Positions 25,461 through 35,368 of a DNA stretch of 51,120 nucleotides are shown one piece after another. Location of the stretch: positions 1-51,120 of IMG/VR virus record IMGVR_UViG_3300038797_000035, one strand, 5' to 3'. The DNA is from a virus. Lineage: Duplodnaviria > Caudoviricetes. Position 1 is the first letter of the stretch, and each line of letters opens with the position of its first letter. The notes beneath the pieces were generated by a model. The model searched no databases and had not been told where the DNA came from. It was given only the letters and a program-made list of their open reading frames with translations. Made by a program: the position numbers and the translations under genes.

Positions 25461-26834
25461 ATGAACAAGAAGGGCTTAGTGCCAGCAGACAAAAAGCTGG
25501 GCAAAGCCCTTGTTCGGGCCGCTCAGAAGTACGAGGCGCAGATCAAGTCGTCGAGTGATGGCCTGGTGAACGTGGTGTCGGGCCTGGGCACGCAGAAGGC
25601 CAAGCGCTCGCACAACCAGTTCCAGTACGGGTTCCTGAACGACTTCCAGCAGCTGGACGCGGCATATCAGACCAGTTGGCTTGCCCGGGCAATCGTGGAC
25701 TACCCGGCCGAGGACATGACCCGCGAGTGGCGCACCCTCAAGTGTGACGACGCGGACGTGATCCGGGCCGAGGAAGACCGGCTGAACCTGCCAGCCATGG
25801 TCAGCGAGGCAACAAGCTGGGCGCGCCTCTACGGTGGCGCTGGCATCCTCATGCTGACCAATCAGGACCTGACCAAACCGCTCAAGCCGGAGAAGATCAA
25901 GAAAGGCGACCTCTACCGCCTGTTGGTCATTGATCGCTTCGACATGACGGCGATGGACCTGAACCAATCCAACATCCTGGCCGCGAACTACTTGCAGCCG
26001 GAGTTCTACACCATCTCCGCCGGCGCGCAGCAGATCCATTGGACGCACTTCGCCCGCTTTGCCGGGGCCAAGCTGCCACGCCGCCAGCGCGCACAGACAC
26101 AAGGCTGGGGCGACTCAGAGCTGCGTAAGTGCCTCGATGACGTGATGGACATCGTTGCCAGCAAGGACGGCATCGCCGAGCTGATGCAAGAAGCGAACGT
26201 CGACATCATCACGCGCGAAGGCCTCTCGGATGAGATGGCAAGCGATCAGGATGAAGCCATCACAGCGCGCTACGCCCTGTTCAGCATGATGAAGTCCTCG
26301 ATCAATCTGGCACTGCTGGACGGCGACGAGAAATACGACCGCAAGACCCTCGATCTTTCCGGGGTTGCGCCGGTGCTCGACCTGCTCATGACCTGGCTTT
26401 CCGGTGCAGCTGACATCCCTGGTACTCGTCTCTTTGGCGAGGCCGCAAAGGGACTTAGCAACGGTGGCGAAGGGGACATGAACAACTACCACAACTCTCT
26501 GTCTTCGAAGCGCCAGGTTCAAGTCGACCCAGGTTTGCGCCAGATAGACGAGGTGCTGGTGCGCTCGGCTACAGGCAAGTGGCTGGAAGACTTCAACTAC
26601 GTCTGGAACCCGTTCCAGCAGCCTGACGCGGTCGAGATCGCCCAGGCCAACAAGGCCAAGGCCGAGACCGACATCCTCTACAAGGATGCCGCCATCGTCA
26701 CCACCAGCCAGATCCAGCGCCGCCTACAGGCCGAAGAGCTCTATCAGTTCGACGACGACAAGATCGCCGCGCTGGAAGAGGACGAAGACCTGACCATGTT
26801 CAACGACCCGCCAGAGGGCAACAGCGATGAGTAA
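25461..26834 (+). CDS. Portal protein (DUF1073 type)
   Basis: Follows terL; YQTSWLARAIVDYPAEDMTREW; ADIPGTRLFG. Confidence 0.85.
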   Translation: MNKKGLVPADKKLGKALVRAAQKYEAQIKSSSDGLVNVVSGLGTQKAKRSHNQFQYGFLNDFQQLDAAYQTSWLARAIVDYPAEDMTREWRTLKCDDADVIRAEEDRLNLPAMVSEATSWARLYGGAGILMLTNQDLTKPLKPEKIKKGDLYRLLVIDRFDMTAMDLNQSNILAANYLQPEFYTISAGAQQIHWTHFARFAGAKLPRRQRAQTQGWGDSELRKCLDDVMDIVASKDGIAELMQEANVDIITREGLSDEMASDQDEAITARYALFSMMKSSINLALLDGDEKYDRKTLDLSGVAPVLDLLMTWLSGAADIPGTRLFGEAAKGLSNGGEGDMNNYHNSLSSKRQVQVDPGLRQIDEVLVRSATGKWLEDFNYVWNPFQQPDAVEIAQANKAKAETDILYKDAAIVTTSQIQRRLQAEELYQFDDDKIAALEEDEDLTMFNDPPEGNSDE

Positions 26835-27114
26835 GCGGAAAGAAGGCGCATACATGGCGCCGGCGATGATCACTGCGACCAAAATTTGGCCGTTTCTCGG
26901 CTGGAAAGATTGCGGAAAGTGTCGCAGCCAGTTTCGCCGCCAGCCCGGGTGGCTGGTGAAGACGGAAGATCGTCAGCTTTCGGGGGCGGTCACCATGTGT
27001 GGCGAGTGCTTCCCAACAGCTAATTCCGCAATTGAGCACATGCGCGGGATCGTCGCTGCTGCGGATTCCAGGATCCGTTTCGAGGCGCAGCTCGGCGGCA
27101 TGCGGACGGCATAA
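26827..27114 (+). CDS. Small Zn-finger-like protein inserted in the head module
   Basis: CGKC...CGEC; overlaps the portal stop. Confidence 0.6.
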   Translation: MSKRKEGAYMAPAMITATKIWPFLGWKDCGKCRSQFRRQPGWLVKTEDRQLSGAVTMCGECFPTANSAIEHMRGIVAAADSRIRFEAQLGGMRTA

Positions 27115-27117
27115 CCC

Positions 27118-27933
27118 ATGGACATGATCGGCATCCAGTACAACGCCAAGCTGCAGCGGCTGGTGAAACAGGTCAAGGCCGATATCTCGGCCGAGATCAT
27201 GCCTCTGGTCCGCCAGCTTGCGCCGGAGTACACGCAGGACGCCGTAGCAACTACTGACGCCTGGTCGGACCTGATCCTGAGCGCCATGTCACGCCTGATG
27301 CAGAAGTGGCAGTCGGAGAGGGTCAGCTCTGGTGCTAACCGGTTAGCTGCCGAGTTCGTCCAGTCGTCGCTCAAGAAGTCAGAGCGCGACCTGGGCAAGT
27401 CAGCCGGTATCGACGTGTACAGCGGCAACAGCGCCATGCAGGACTACCTGAAGGCCTCGGCCCAGCAGAACGCCCAGCTCATCAAGTCCATTCCCGCCAA
27501 GTACCTGGAAGAGGTGCAGACGCTGGTGATGGCGAACATGCGCTCCGGCATGCGGCCCGGCTTCATCGAAAAGGCGTTGCAAGAACAGTTCGGCGTGACC
27601 CAGCGCCGCGCCAAGGTCATCGCCCGCGACCAGACATCAAAGATTCAGGGCGAGCTGGCCGAGAAACAGCAGAAAAGCGCCGGCTTCGAGTACTTCCAGT
27701 GGATCGACTCCGACGACAGCCGCGTACGTCACCGCCATTCGGAGATCGCCAACAAGGTCACCGCCTACGGCAAAGGGATCTACCGCTGGGACGACCTGCC
27801 GCTGAGTTCTGACGGAAAGCCAATCAAGCCCGGCTCCGACTATCAGTGCCGCTGCATCGCGCGCCCAGTGAGCGCACGCGAGGTCAAGGCCAACCAAGAC
27901 GCAGGCAAGACAGCGCCGGGCGTCTACCGCTAA
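27118..27933 (+). CDS. Head morphogenesis protein (Mu gpF / SPP1 gp7 family)
   Basis: RAKVIARDQTSK...W...DSRVRHRH...PGSDYQCRC. Confidence 0.9.
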   Translation: MDMIGIQYNAKLQRLVKQVKADISAEIMPLVRQLAPEYTQDAVATTDAWSDLILSAMSRLMQKWQSERVSSGANRLAAEFVQSSLKKSERDLGKSAGIDVYSGNSAMQDYLKASAQQNAQLIKSIPAKYLEEVQTLVMANMRSGMRPGFIEKALQEQFGVTQRRAKVIARDQTSKIQGELAEKQQKSAGFEYFQWIDSDDSRVRHRHSEIANKVTAYGKGIYRWDDLPLSSDGKPIKPGSDYQCRCIARPVSAREVKANQDAGKTAPGVYR

Positions 27934-27957
27934 TCCATTCCAGCGACGAGAACGATC

Positions 27958-28185
27958 ATGAAAATCAAGGTTAAGTGCATCGAGACCGGCGCCGAGTCGG
28001 TATTCGACACCGACGGCTACCACATTTCCGTGCAGATGACGCCGGCAGACTTGGCAAGCATCAAGTCGCTGCCGGAAACCGAAGACGGCCGAAGCCTCGA
28101 CGGTAATGAGCATCGCACCTACGCATGCGTGCGCCCGGTTGACCACGAGCATTCCGACAACCTCTTCGCATGGGCGAAGCAGTAA
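27958..28185 (+). CDS. Small hypothetical protein
   Basis: 75 aa; TAATG overlap with the next gene. Confidence 0.6.
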   Translation: MKIKVKCIETGAESVFDTDGYHISVQMTPADLASIKSLPETEDGRSLDGNEHRTYACVRPVDHEHSDNLFAWAKQ

Positions 28186-29348
28186 TGACCACGTGTACGG
28201 TCTTCGACCGTGTCAGCCACCGCATCACTCACCGGGAGTACACCGACGAGGGCTTCCTCAAGGTTCCCGGCCGGGTGGCGCGCACTGGGATTCAAGAGTA
28301 CCTGGCCCGAGAGCTTGGGCTCGACGGTGATCCGAACCGAATCGTTCGTGTGTACCGCCCCGAAGACGAGGTGTTCAACGACTCGTCGCTGGGCACGTAC
28401 GACGGCGCGACGGTCACCAATGACCACCCGAAGGACCTGGTGACGGCGAAGAACTACAAGGCCGTGACTGTCGGGGAAGTGCGTGGCGCTGGCCGACGCG
28501 ATGGTGACTTCGTTGTCTGCGATCTGATCATCAAGGATCAGAAGACCATCGACGACATCAACGCCGGCAAGTGCGAACTGTCGGCCGGCTACACCGCTGA
28601 ATACGTCCACGGGCCCGGCGTGACCGCCGATGACCAAGAGTACGAGTACACCCAGCGCAACATCATCATCAACCACCAAGCGGTGGTTACCAAAGCGAGG
28701 GCGGGCGGCATCGCTCGCGTCTTCGATCACAACCCAGGAGGCAACACAATGCCTGTACTTATCACCACCGATAGCGGGCGCAGCGTTGATGTTGCTGATC
28801 CTGCGAACGCCCAAGTGGTCGCCGACTCGTTCGACCGACTGTTGAAGCGTGCAACCGATGCGGAATCCAAGGCTGATAAGGCCCAGGCAACCGCTGACAA
28901 GGCTGCTGAAGACCTGGCCGAGGCCCGCAAGGCTTCGAGCGACGAGGCAATCAACGCTCGCGTCGTTCTGATCGGCAACACCCAGGCGCTGGCCCGCAAG
29001 GTCGCTGGCGACGCCTTCACCTGCGACAGCCTCGACGTGATTGAGATCAAGCGCGCCGCGTTGGCCGTAGCCCTGCCGAAGCGCGACTGGTCGGACAAGT
29101 CCGCCGGCTACGTTGAAGCCGCCTTCGACGCCGAGTCCGAAAAGGACGATGACGAAGAAGACGATAAGGACGAGAACGGCAAGAAGAAGGACAAGATGCC
29201 AACCGGTGACGCCGCGGTCCTGTTCGCTCAATTGGCTCAGTTGGCCAAGGACGGGGCGATTACCAAGCCTACCGCCGACGCCGCGCCGACCCCATACCAG
29301 GCGCACAAGCAAAGCTTGTCCGGCGCCCACAAACAGAAAGGAGCCTAA
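28185..29348 (+). CDS. DUF2213 prohead protease/scaffold
   Basis: ARTGIQEY...VYRPEDEVF...TNDHP...ELSAGY...NHQAVV..ARAG. Confidence 0.88.
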   Translation: MTTCTVFDRVSHRITHREYTDEGFLKVPGRVARTGIQEYLARELGLDGDPNRIVRVYRPEDEVFNDSSLGTYDGATVTNDHPKDLVTAKNYKAVTVGEVRGAGRRDGDFVVCDLIIKDQKTIDDINAGKCELSAGYTAEYVHGPGVTADDQEYEYTQRNIIINHQAVVTKARAGGIARVFDHNPGGNTMPVLITTDSGRSVDVADPANAQVVADSFDRLLKRATDAESKADKAQATADKAAEDLAEARKASSDEAINARVVLIGNTQALARKVAGDAFTCDSLDVIEIKRAALAVALPKRDWSDKSAGYVEAAFDAESEKDDDEEDDKDENGKKKDKMPTGDAAVLFAQLAQLAKDGAITKPTADAAPTPYQAHKQSLSGAHKQKGA

Positions 29349-29350
29349 CC

Positions 29351-29845
29351 ATGGCAGTTATCGGTGGTAACGCAATCAACCATGGCGTCGCTTATGCGGG
29401 GCAGGTAGCCGACGGCGAACTGTCGAACGCCGTCTCCAAAGTCAACAAGGGCACCGTGAACATCGCCTATGGCTTGGGTGTCGCGAGTGACGGTGATGAC
29501 GGCGCCAAGCTGCCAACCTCCGCCTCGACTGCAGCCAACTTCATTGGCGTCGTAAAGCGTGAACTGAACCGTGCATACACCTCGGCCGACGTGTTCGGCG
29601 CTGTAGCCAAACGCGACATGTCGGTCGAGACCGTTGCGCCTATCTGGGTCACTGCTCGCGTAGCGGTTACCAAGGATGATCCGGTTTATTGGGTCGTAGG
29701 CGACGGCACCGGCACCAATCAGGGCCAGTTCTCCAACGTTGTCGGCGCTGCCGCGACCTTGGCTGTGCTGATCCCGAACGCCAAATGGGTCAGTTCCGCC
29801 GGCGCCGGCGCACTGGCTAAAATTTCTCTCAAGGTCGGGGGCTAA
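29351..29845 (+). CDS. Head decoration/cement protein
   Basis: Gly/Ala-rich, 164 aa, between scaffold and major capsid genes. Confidence 0.7.
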   Translation: MAVIGGNAINHGVAYAGQVADGELSNAVSKVNKGTVNIAYGLGVASDGDDGAKLPTSASTAANFIGVVKRELNRAYTSADVFGAVAKRDMSVETVAPIWVTARVAVTKDDPVYWVVGDGTGTNQGQFSNVVGAAATLAVLIPNAKWVSSAGAGALAKISLKVGG

Positions 29846-29850
29846 TCGAC

Positions 29851-30879
29851 ATGAATCAGCTTAAGAAAATCGTCGTAGCCATCGATGCCGCAATCGCTCA
29901 TCAGATCGGGCGCGACGCTTACCAAGTTACCTTCAATGACGGTCTGCCGACCCTCGACGACGGCTTGGCGTTCTACATCAGCCAATTGGCGAACCTGGAA
30001 TCTCGTATCTACGAGGCCAAGTACGCGGCGATCAACTACATGGAGCTGATCCCTGTAGAAACCTCGCTTCCTGAGTGGGTTGATCAGTGGGACTACATCA
30101 GCTACGACGGCGTGACCATCGGCAAATTCATTGGCGCCAGCGCCGACGACCTGCCAGATGTGACCCTGAATGCCAACAAGTCGACCGTGCCTATCGGCTA
30201 TGCCGGTAACAAGTACAGCTACAGCCTGGACGAACTGCGCAAGTCGCAAGCGCTGCGCATCCCTCTGGACAGCACCAAGGCCAAACTGGCCTTTCGTGGC
30301 GCCCAAGAGCACACCCAGCGTGTGGCCTATTTCGGTGACTTGACTCGCAGCATGACCGGCCTGTTCAACAACCCGAACCTGGCGCTGTCGAACTCCACGC
30401 TGGACTGGTACAACGCGGCCACAACCGGTGACCAGATCGTTGCCGACCTGAACAAGATCCTAGTTGATGGATACATCAACTCGGCGACCGTTCACCTCTT
30501 TGACACTGTCATCCTGGATGCCACCCGCTTCGCGTTCATCTCGAACAAGCGGATGGGCACCATCACCGACAAGACGATCCTGGAATACTTCCGCACCAAC
30601 AACCAGTTCACCGCGCTGACCGGGCGCCCGATCAACATCTTCAGCCGCTTGCAACTGTCCGCTGCCCAACTCGCCGCCGCCGGCGTGTCCAACGGCAGCA
30701 AGGATCGCATCGTCGCCTACGAGCTGAACGACGAGAACCTGGGCATGCAGGTGCCGATCCCGTGGCGCTCCCTGGCTCCGCAGATGTTGAACCTCAAGGT
30801 CAACGTGCCCTGCGAGTACAAGATCAGCGGCGTTGAATTCCGCTACCCGTTCTCTGGCGCGTACCGCGACCAGTTCTAA
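29851..30879 (+). CDS. Major capsid protein (DUF2184 type)
   Basis: QLANLESRIYE...YSLDEL...MTGLFNNP...GVEFRYP. Confidence 0.88.
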   Translation: MNQLKKIVVAIDAAIAHQIGRDAYQVTFNDGLPTLDDGLAFYISQLANLESRIYEAKYAAINYMELIPVETSLPEWVDQWDYISYDGVTIGKFIGASADDLPDVTLNANKSTVPIGYAGNKYSYSLDELRKSQALRIPLDSTKAKLAFRGAQEHTQRVAYFGDLTRSMTGLFNNPNLALSNSTLDWYNAATTGDQIVADLNKILVDGYINSATVHLFDTVILDATRFAFISNKRMGTITDKTILEYFRTNNQFTALTGRPINIFSRLQLSAAQLAAAGVSNGSKDRIVAYELNDENLGMQVPIPWRSLAPQMLNLKVNVPCEYKISGVEFRYPFSGAYRDQF

Positions 30880-30947
30880 CCAGCCGATCTCTGGCCGCCT
30901 CCGCTCTGCCCGGGGCGGCGGCCAATGATTCCGGGCGAGGATTTGAC

Positions 30948-31277
30948 ATGTTCCTGAAGAACGAAGCAGCACGACTGATCACCATCAACCACCTGGTGGG
31001 CGAGAAAGAGACCAGCTACCCGATCCTGCCGGGTGAAAACCCAGCGGTCGAAGTGCCTGATGCAGTGGTGAAGATCGATTTCGTCAAAGCCCTGCTGAAG
31101 AACGGCGACCTGCGCCGTGTTGGTGCGGACGAACTGGAAAACGAAGAAGAGGAAGACGAGGACGACCTCGAAGCGCTGCGCGCTGAAGCTGTAGAGCTCG
31201 GCATCGAAGTTGGTCGATGGGGCGCTCCACGTCTCCGCACTGAGATCGCAAAAGCCAAGGCCGCCAAGGCCGAGTAA
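30948..31277 (+). CDS. Small virion-associated protein
   Basis: Acidic linker with C-terminal LRAEAVELGIEV...LRTEI repeat-like domain. Confidence 0.7.
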   Translation: MFLKNEAARLITINHLVGEKETSYPILPGENPAVEVPDAVVKIDFVKALLKNGDLRRVGADELENEEEEDEDDLEALRAEAVELGIEVGRWGAPRLRTEIAKAKAAKAE

Positions 31278-31316
31278 CACCCGGGCGCCTGGCGCCCACT
31301 CATTCAAGGTGAACGC

Positions 31317-31736
31317 ATGCAAATCACTCCGGAAATGATCGCGGCATTTCGCGCCGATCCGCTGATGAAGGCGTTCGTCGACGCGACAAAGTGGCCTGAT
31401 GCGGTAATCACGGAAGCCTTGTGCGAGGCCGACACCGAAACCGGCTCGTCCCGCTGGGGCGCGCTTGAGCTCACCTGCTGCAACTTCAAGTGGCGCGGCA
31501 TGAAGTACTACGCCGCGCACTGGCTGTCGACGAACTTCGGCTCGCTCGGCGCCGGCGGCACCCCGAACCCAGAGGCCCGACTGAACGTTGCCGAGAAGTC
31601 GGTCGGTGATGAGTCAATCAGCTACCGCGTCCCGCAGATGATGGACGCCGGTACCGACTGGCTGACCTACACCAACTACGGCCAGCAGTTCTACCGGCTC
31701 AAGAAGCGCGCCGGGATGGGCGCCAAGGCGGTCTGA
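31317..31736 (+). CDS. Head-tail adaptor (DUF4054 type)
   Basis: YAAHWL...SVGDESISY...TNYGQQFY. Confidence 0.8.
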   Translation: MQITPEMIAAFRADPLMKAFVDATKWPDAVITEALCEADTETGSSRWGALELTCCNFKWRGMKYYAAHWLSTNFGSLGAGGTPNPEARLNVAEKSVGDESISYRVPQMMDAGTDWLTYTNYGQQFYRLKKRAGMGAKAV

Positions 31737-32335
31737 TGATCAACCTCGACATCCAAGGCTTCCAGGAACTGCAAGACGAGCTCATGAAAGAGCTGGACGC
31801 CCTGAAGTCCGACAAGGTCGTCACCATCGGCATTCATGAAGAAGCCGGAAACGTCGAGTCGGGCGACATCACCATGGCCGGCCTGGGCGCTACCCATGAG
31901 TTCGGCGCCGATATCAAGCATCCGGGCGGGACATCCTACGGCTACGCCAGCAAGGCAGCCGCAGACCGCGACGAGGTGCGTTTTCTGAAGGACGGCGCCG
32001 GTTACATGGTGCTTGGCGTTACTCAGCCGCACGACATCAACATCCCGGCGCGGCCATGGCTTGAGCCAGGGGTCGAGAGTGCCACACCCGAAGTCCTGGC
32101 CACGATTCAAGACGGCATGGACGAAGGCAAGACGATGGACCAAATCCTCGAGTCCATCGGCGTCGTGGCTGAGGGCGCAGTGAAGGTCTACATGACCGAA
32201 CTGAAGACGCCACCCAACGCGGCCTCGACCATCCGCAAGAAAGGCAGCTCAAACCCGCTGATTGATAAGGGCGCAATGCGCCAGTCGGTCACGCACAAAG
32301 TGTCCGGCGAGAAGGTAACGGAGGGTCTGGAATGA
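31736..32335 (+). CDS. Neck / tail-completion protein
   Basis: HEFGA...IPARPWL...PPNAASTIRKKGSSNPLIDKG. Confidence 0.8.
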   Translation: MINLDIQGFQELQDELMKELDALKSDKVVTIGIHEEAGNVESGDITMAGLGATHEFGADIKHPGGTSYGYASKAAADRDEVRFLKDGAGYMVLGVTQPHDINIPARPWLEPGVESATPEVLATIQDGMDEGKTMDQILESIGVVAEGAVKVYMTELKTPPNAASTIRKKGSSNPLIDKGAMRQSVTHKVSGEKVTEGLE

Positions 32336-32685
32336 GCTTGAACATGGAAGGCCAAATTGATGACGTGTTCGTCAGCGTTGCAGCAAGCCGAACCGTTACT
32401 GGCGGGGCCTTGGTCGAGGGCATTTGGGTACCAGGTCCGCCAGTCACCACCGAGTACAGAGTAAACATCCAGCCAGCCAGCGACAGGGAAGTAGATTTCA
32501 TTCGCCAGGGTGGTGAGCGGATCACCGACGTGCGCCGCATCTACATCAACGAAGGCGACATGCAGGGCATCGACCAGACCGGCATATGGGAGTTTATCGG
32601 CCAGCAGTGGAAGGCTGCCAAGTGTGACAACCGGTACTGGCGCAACTACTGCAAAGTGATCGTGGTGCGCATCGATGACCAATGA
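32332..32685 (+). CDS. Head closure protein
   Basis: Size, position and NIQP motif. Confidence 0.65.
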   Translation: MSLNMEGQIDDVFVSVAASRTVTGGALVEGIWVPGPPVTTEYRVNIQPASDREVDFIRQGGERITDVRRIYINEGDMQGIDQTGIWEFIGQQWKAAKCDNRYWRNYCKVIVVRIDDQ

Positions 32686-33220
32686 AGAGCTATTCAAGAA
32701 GCTGCGCCCGATCGTGATGCTCGCGACTGGCGTGCCTGAGTGCCTGCTGGCCGACCAGTCCGGACCCGGCAGCATGCCTGCCCCGAAGGGTGCATACGCG
32801 ACGATCACTCCTCGTCAGTCCGTCGGTGAGCGCGGTCAGGCCAACGTCACATCACGCGACATACCTGGCGACCTGGTCGAGTTCGATGTTCGCGCACAGA
32901 TCATGTGCTCGGCGAGCGTCAACTTTTACCGAGGCGAGGCCCTGATGTTTGCCGAACGCCTGAAGCAGGCAAACAAGCGGCCCGACATCAGCATCATGCT
33001 GTTCAAGGCCAAGATCGGCTGGAACAGCACCGACGGCGTGAACAACCTCACCAGCCTGCAATCGGCCAACTTCGAACAGCGTTCACAGATCACCCTTCGC
33101 CTGATGTACGAGGCGATCAGCATTTCCGAGATTAACAACATCCTGAGCGTGGAAGTGGCGCTCGAGAACGAAAAAGCGCAGGTCCTCCAGACCTTCACCG
33201 TCGAAGTCGACCCCTCATAA
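32675..33220 (+). CDS. Tail terminator/neck protein
   Basis: Position immediately before the sheath gene. Confidence 0.65.
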   Translation: MTNEELFKKLRPIVMLATGVPECLLADQSGPGSMPAPKGAYATITPRQSVGERGQANVTSRDIPGDLVEFDVRAQIMCSASVNFYRGEALMFAERLKQANKRPDISIMLFKAKIGWNSTDGVNNLTSLQSANFEQRSQITLRLMYEAISISEINNILSVEVALENEKAQVLQTFTVEVDPS

Positions 33221-33238
33221 CCAATTGGAGCTAGCACA

Positions 33239-34381
33239 GTGAGCTATCCAGCTACCAACATCATCCGGATTAATGCCCGGATCAGCCCGGCAGGCCTGGG
33301 CAATGCGAACTTTGCCAGCGCCATGCTGTTCGCTCCGCAGCTCGATCTGCCGGTTGGCTTCTCGCCTGACACTTACCGCACGTATTTCAGCCTGCCAGCG
33401 CTGTCTGAAGATTTCGCCGACACCACTGAAACCTACAAAGCCGCCCAGCGCTGGCTCGGCGGCACGCCTGCTACCCGCGAGCTTAAGGTTTATGGTGTGG
33501 CTACGGCCGATGCCACACGCGCCGCCACGCTCAACAAAGCCAGGGACCTGCTGTGGTGGTACTGGACCATGTGGACGGCGCCGATTCTGGCCGTCAAGGC
33601 TGACGTCCTGGCGATCGCGCAATGGTGTGAAGACAACACCAGCATGTTCATCGACAACCAGACCGGCGCATCGGCTACTGAAATTCGCGACCCTGCTGAC
33701 GTCGATGACATCGCCACTCAGTTGACCACGGCAGGCTTCCGCCACGTCTACACCGCTGCGCACGCGACTGACGCCTACGCCGGTTCGGCCCTGGCCAAGC
33801 ACTTTGCCGCGGTGAACTACAGCGCGGACCGCTCGACCATTACCGGCGAGTTCAAGAAATCGCCAGGTGTACCCGCTGAGTCGTTGACTGGTACCGCGTA
33901 TAGCGCGATGCAGAGCGACACAAAAAAGGCTGTGTTTTATACCGTGGTCGACAACCAGGGCTCGGTCGACTCCGGTCGCTGGCTGAATACGAAGACGCAC
34001 AGCACCTACGGCGAGTTTATCGATGATGTGGTGAACCTCGATGCTTGCATCAACTTCCTGACCACGTCCCTCTTCAACTCGACCGCCAACCAGCCAACAA
34101 AGCTTGGGCAAAGGCCTCAGGGCGAAGCCGTACTTATCGGTGCTGCCAGGACAACCCTGCAACAGTTCATCGGTAACGGCTACCTGGGGCCGCGCAACTA
34201 TACCGACCCGGATGATGGGCTGGAGAAATACACCTCCGGTTTCGAGATCCTGACCAAGCCCGAGGACATCCTCGACTTGTCGGATGCCGACCGAAACGCA
34301 CGCAAAGCAGCGCCGCTGCGCATCCGCCTGTTCCGCGAAGGCGCCATCCATATCGTCGATGTCGACCTCGACGTTTATTAA
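33239..34381 (+). CDS. Tail sheath protein (DUF3383 type)
   Basis: FKKSPGV...FIDDVVNLD...DRNARKA...GAIH. Confidence 0.85.
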   Translation: MSYPATNIIRINARISPAGLGNANFASAMLFAPQLDLPVGFSPDTYRTYFSLPALSEDFADTTETYKAAQRWLGGTPATRELKVYGVATADATRAATLNKARDLLWWYWTMWTAPILAVKADVLAIAQWCEDNTSMFIDNQTGASATEIRDPADVDDIATQLTTAGFRHVYTAAHATDAYAGSALAKHFAAVNYSADRSTITGEFKKSPGVPAESLTGTAYSAMQSDTKKAVFYTVVDNQGSVDSGRWLNTKTHSTYGEFIDDVVNLDACINFLTTSLFNSTANQPTKLGQRPQGEAVLIGAARTTLQQFIGNGYLGPRNYTDPDDGLEKYTSGFEILTKPEDILDLSDADRNARKAAPLRIRLFREGAIHIVDVDLDVY

Positions 34382-34391
34382 TAGGTGACCC

Positions 34392-34799
34392 ATGAGCCTG
34401 AGTAACTTTTCGACAGACCTGTGTGTCGTCACCATCAACGGCCGGCAGATCCAGGACTGGGGCGAAGCTGCCACCCCGTACACGGATGCGCCGATTGACC
34501 CGCGCAGCCAGCTGCGCCGAGGGCAGGGTGGCAACGCTGTTCGTCTTGATCGGCAGAATCCGGGGCGCGAGGTGAATATTTACCTCAACCCTGGGTCTTC
34601 TGATGCCGCATACGTACAAGGCCTGTACAACTCGAACGCCAACATCACGCTGACCTACACCCAAATTGGAACGCTCGAAACCGCTCTCGGCTCCGAGGGT
34701 TTGATCGCGAATGACGGTCAGCGGGGCCGTGCTGGCTCAACCATCACCGACGACCAGTTCACGATGCATTTCAACATCTGGGAAGCGACAAGGGGCTGA
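34392..34799 (+). CDS. Tail tube protein
   Basis: 135 aa, directly after the sheath gene. Confidence 0.75.
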   Translation: MSLSNFSTDLCVVTINGRQIQDWGEAATPYTDAPIDPRSQLRRGQGGNAVRLDRQNPGREVNIYLNPGSSDAAYVQGLYNSNANITLTYTQIGTLETALGSEGLIANDGQRGRAGSTITDDQFTMHFNIWEATRG

Positions 34800-34802
34800 T
34801 AG

Positions 34803-35204
34803 ATGAGCGTGAAACCATTCACCATCGGCGGCGTGCAGTACAACGCCGCCATGGCCAGCGCTGTCGATCAAGACCGCCTCATGTCCCTGCTGTCCGGCGC
34901 CGTGCTGGAGCGATTCGCCACGGCGGCGCAAGCCGGCATTGAGGTTGATGATCAGGTGCTTTGCTCGATGTTCATGTCGATGCGCCAGGACGTGAAGGTC
35001 CAGGTCGTGCAAATACTCATGACCAGGGTGTTCATAAACGGCACTGAGCAGGCCGTCACCGTCGCTGACTTCGGCGGCCGGATGGTGCAGTACAACCAAC
35101 TGCTCGCCGGCCTGCTGCGCTGGAATCTATCCGATTTTTTCGACTGGCTGCCAAGCGGCGAAAGAAGCCCAAGGCAGCCGGGCGCGCAAAGCGCAGCGCA
35201 GTAA
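34803..35204 (+). CDS. Tail assembly chaperone (G-like)
   Basis: Between tube and tape measure genes; slippery heptamer near the 3' end. Confidence 0.8.
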   Translation: MSVKPFTIGGVQYNAAMASAVDQDRLMSLLSGAVLERFATAAQAGIEVDDQVLCSMFMSMRQDVKVQVVQILMTRVFINGTEQAVTVADFGGRMVQYNQLLAGLLRWNLSDFFDWLPSGERSPRQPGAQSAAQ

Positions 35205-35368
35205 ATTGGTTCCTGATGCGCCCATGTGTCGGCATCACCGGCGTCTGCCCGCCGCTGTGCACGTGGGTTCAACTGGCTGATGGATCCCTGTCCATCGCGG
35301 ATGTGGAGCGATTCAACCAGGCCATGGACGAGATGTGGGCTCAATACGAGGCTGTGACGAATGGCTAG
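35135..35368 (+). CDS. -1 frameshift extension of the tail chaperone (GT-like)
   Basis: T-TTT-TTC at 35135-35141; the -1 frame is open to TAG 35368 (…RSAVNWFLMRPCVG…LCTWVQLADGSLSIADVERFNQAMDE…). Confidence 0.75.
   Translation, partial: FFRLAAKRRKKPKAAGRAKRSAVNWFLMRPCVGITGVCPPLCTWVQLADGSLSIADVERFNQAMDEMWAQYEAVTNG

Noticed and set aside
25461-26834. Anti-CBASS Acb1 annotation sometimes attached to DUF1073 proteins
   Set aside because: Position, size and motifs are those of a portal protein, and no appended 2H phosphoesterase domain is evident.
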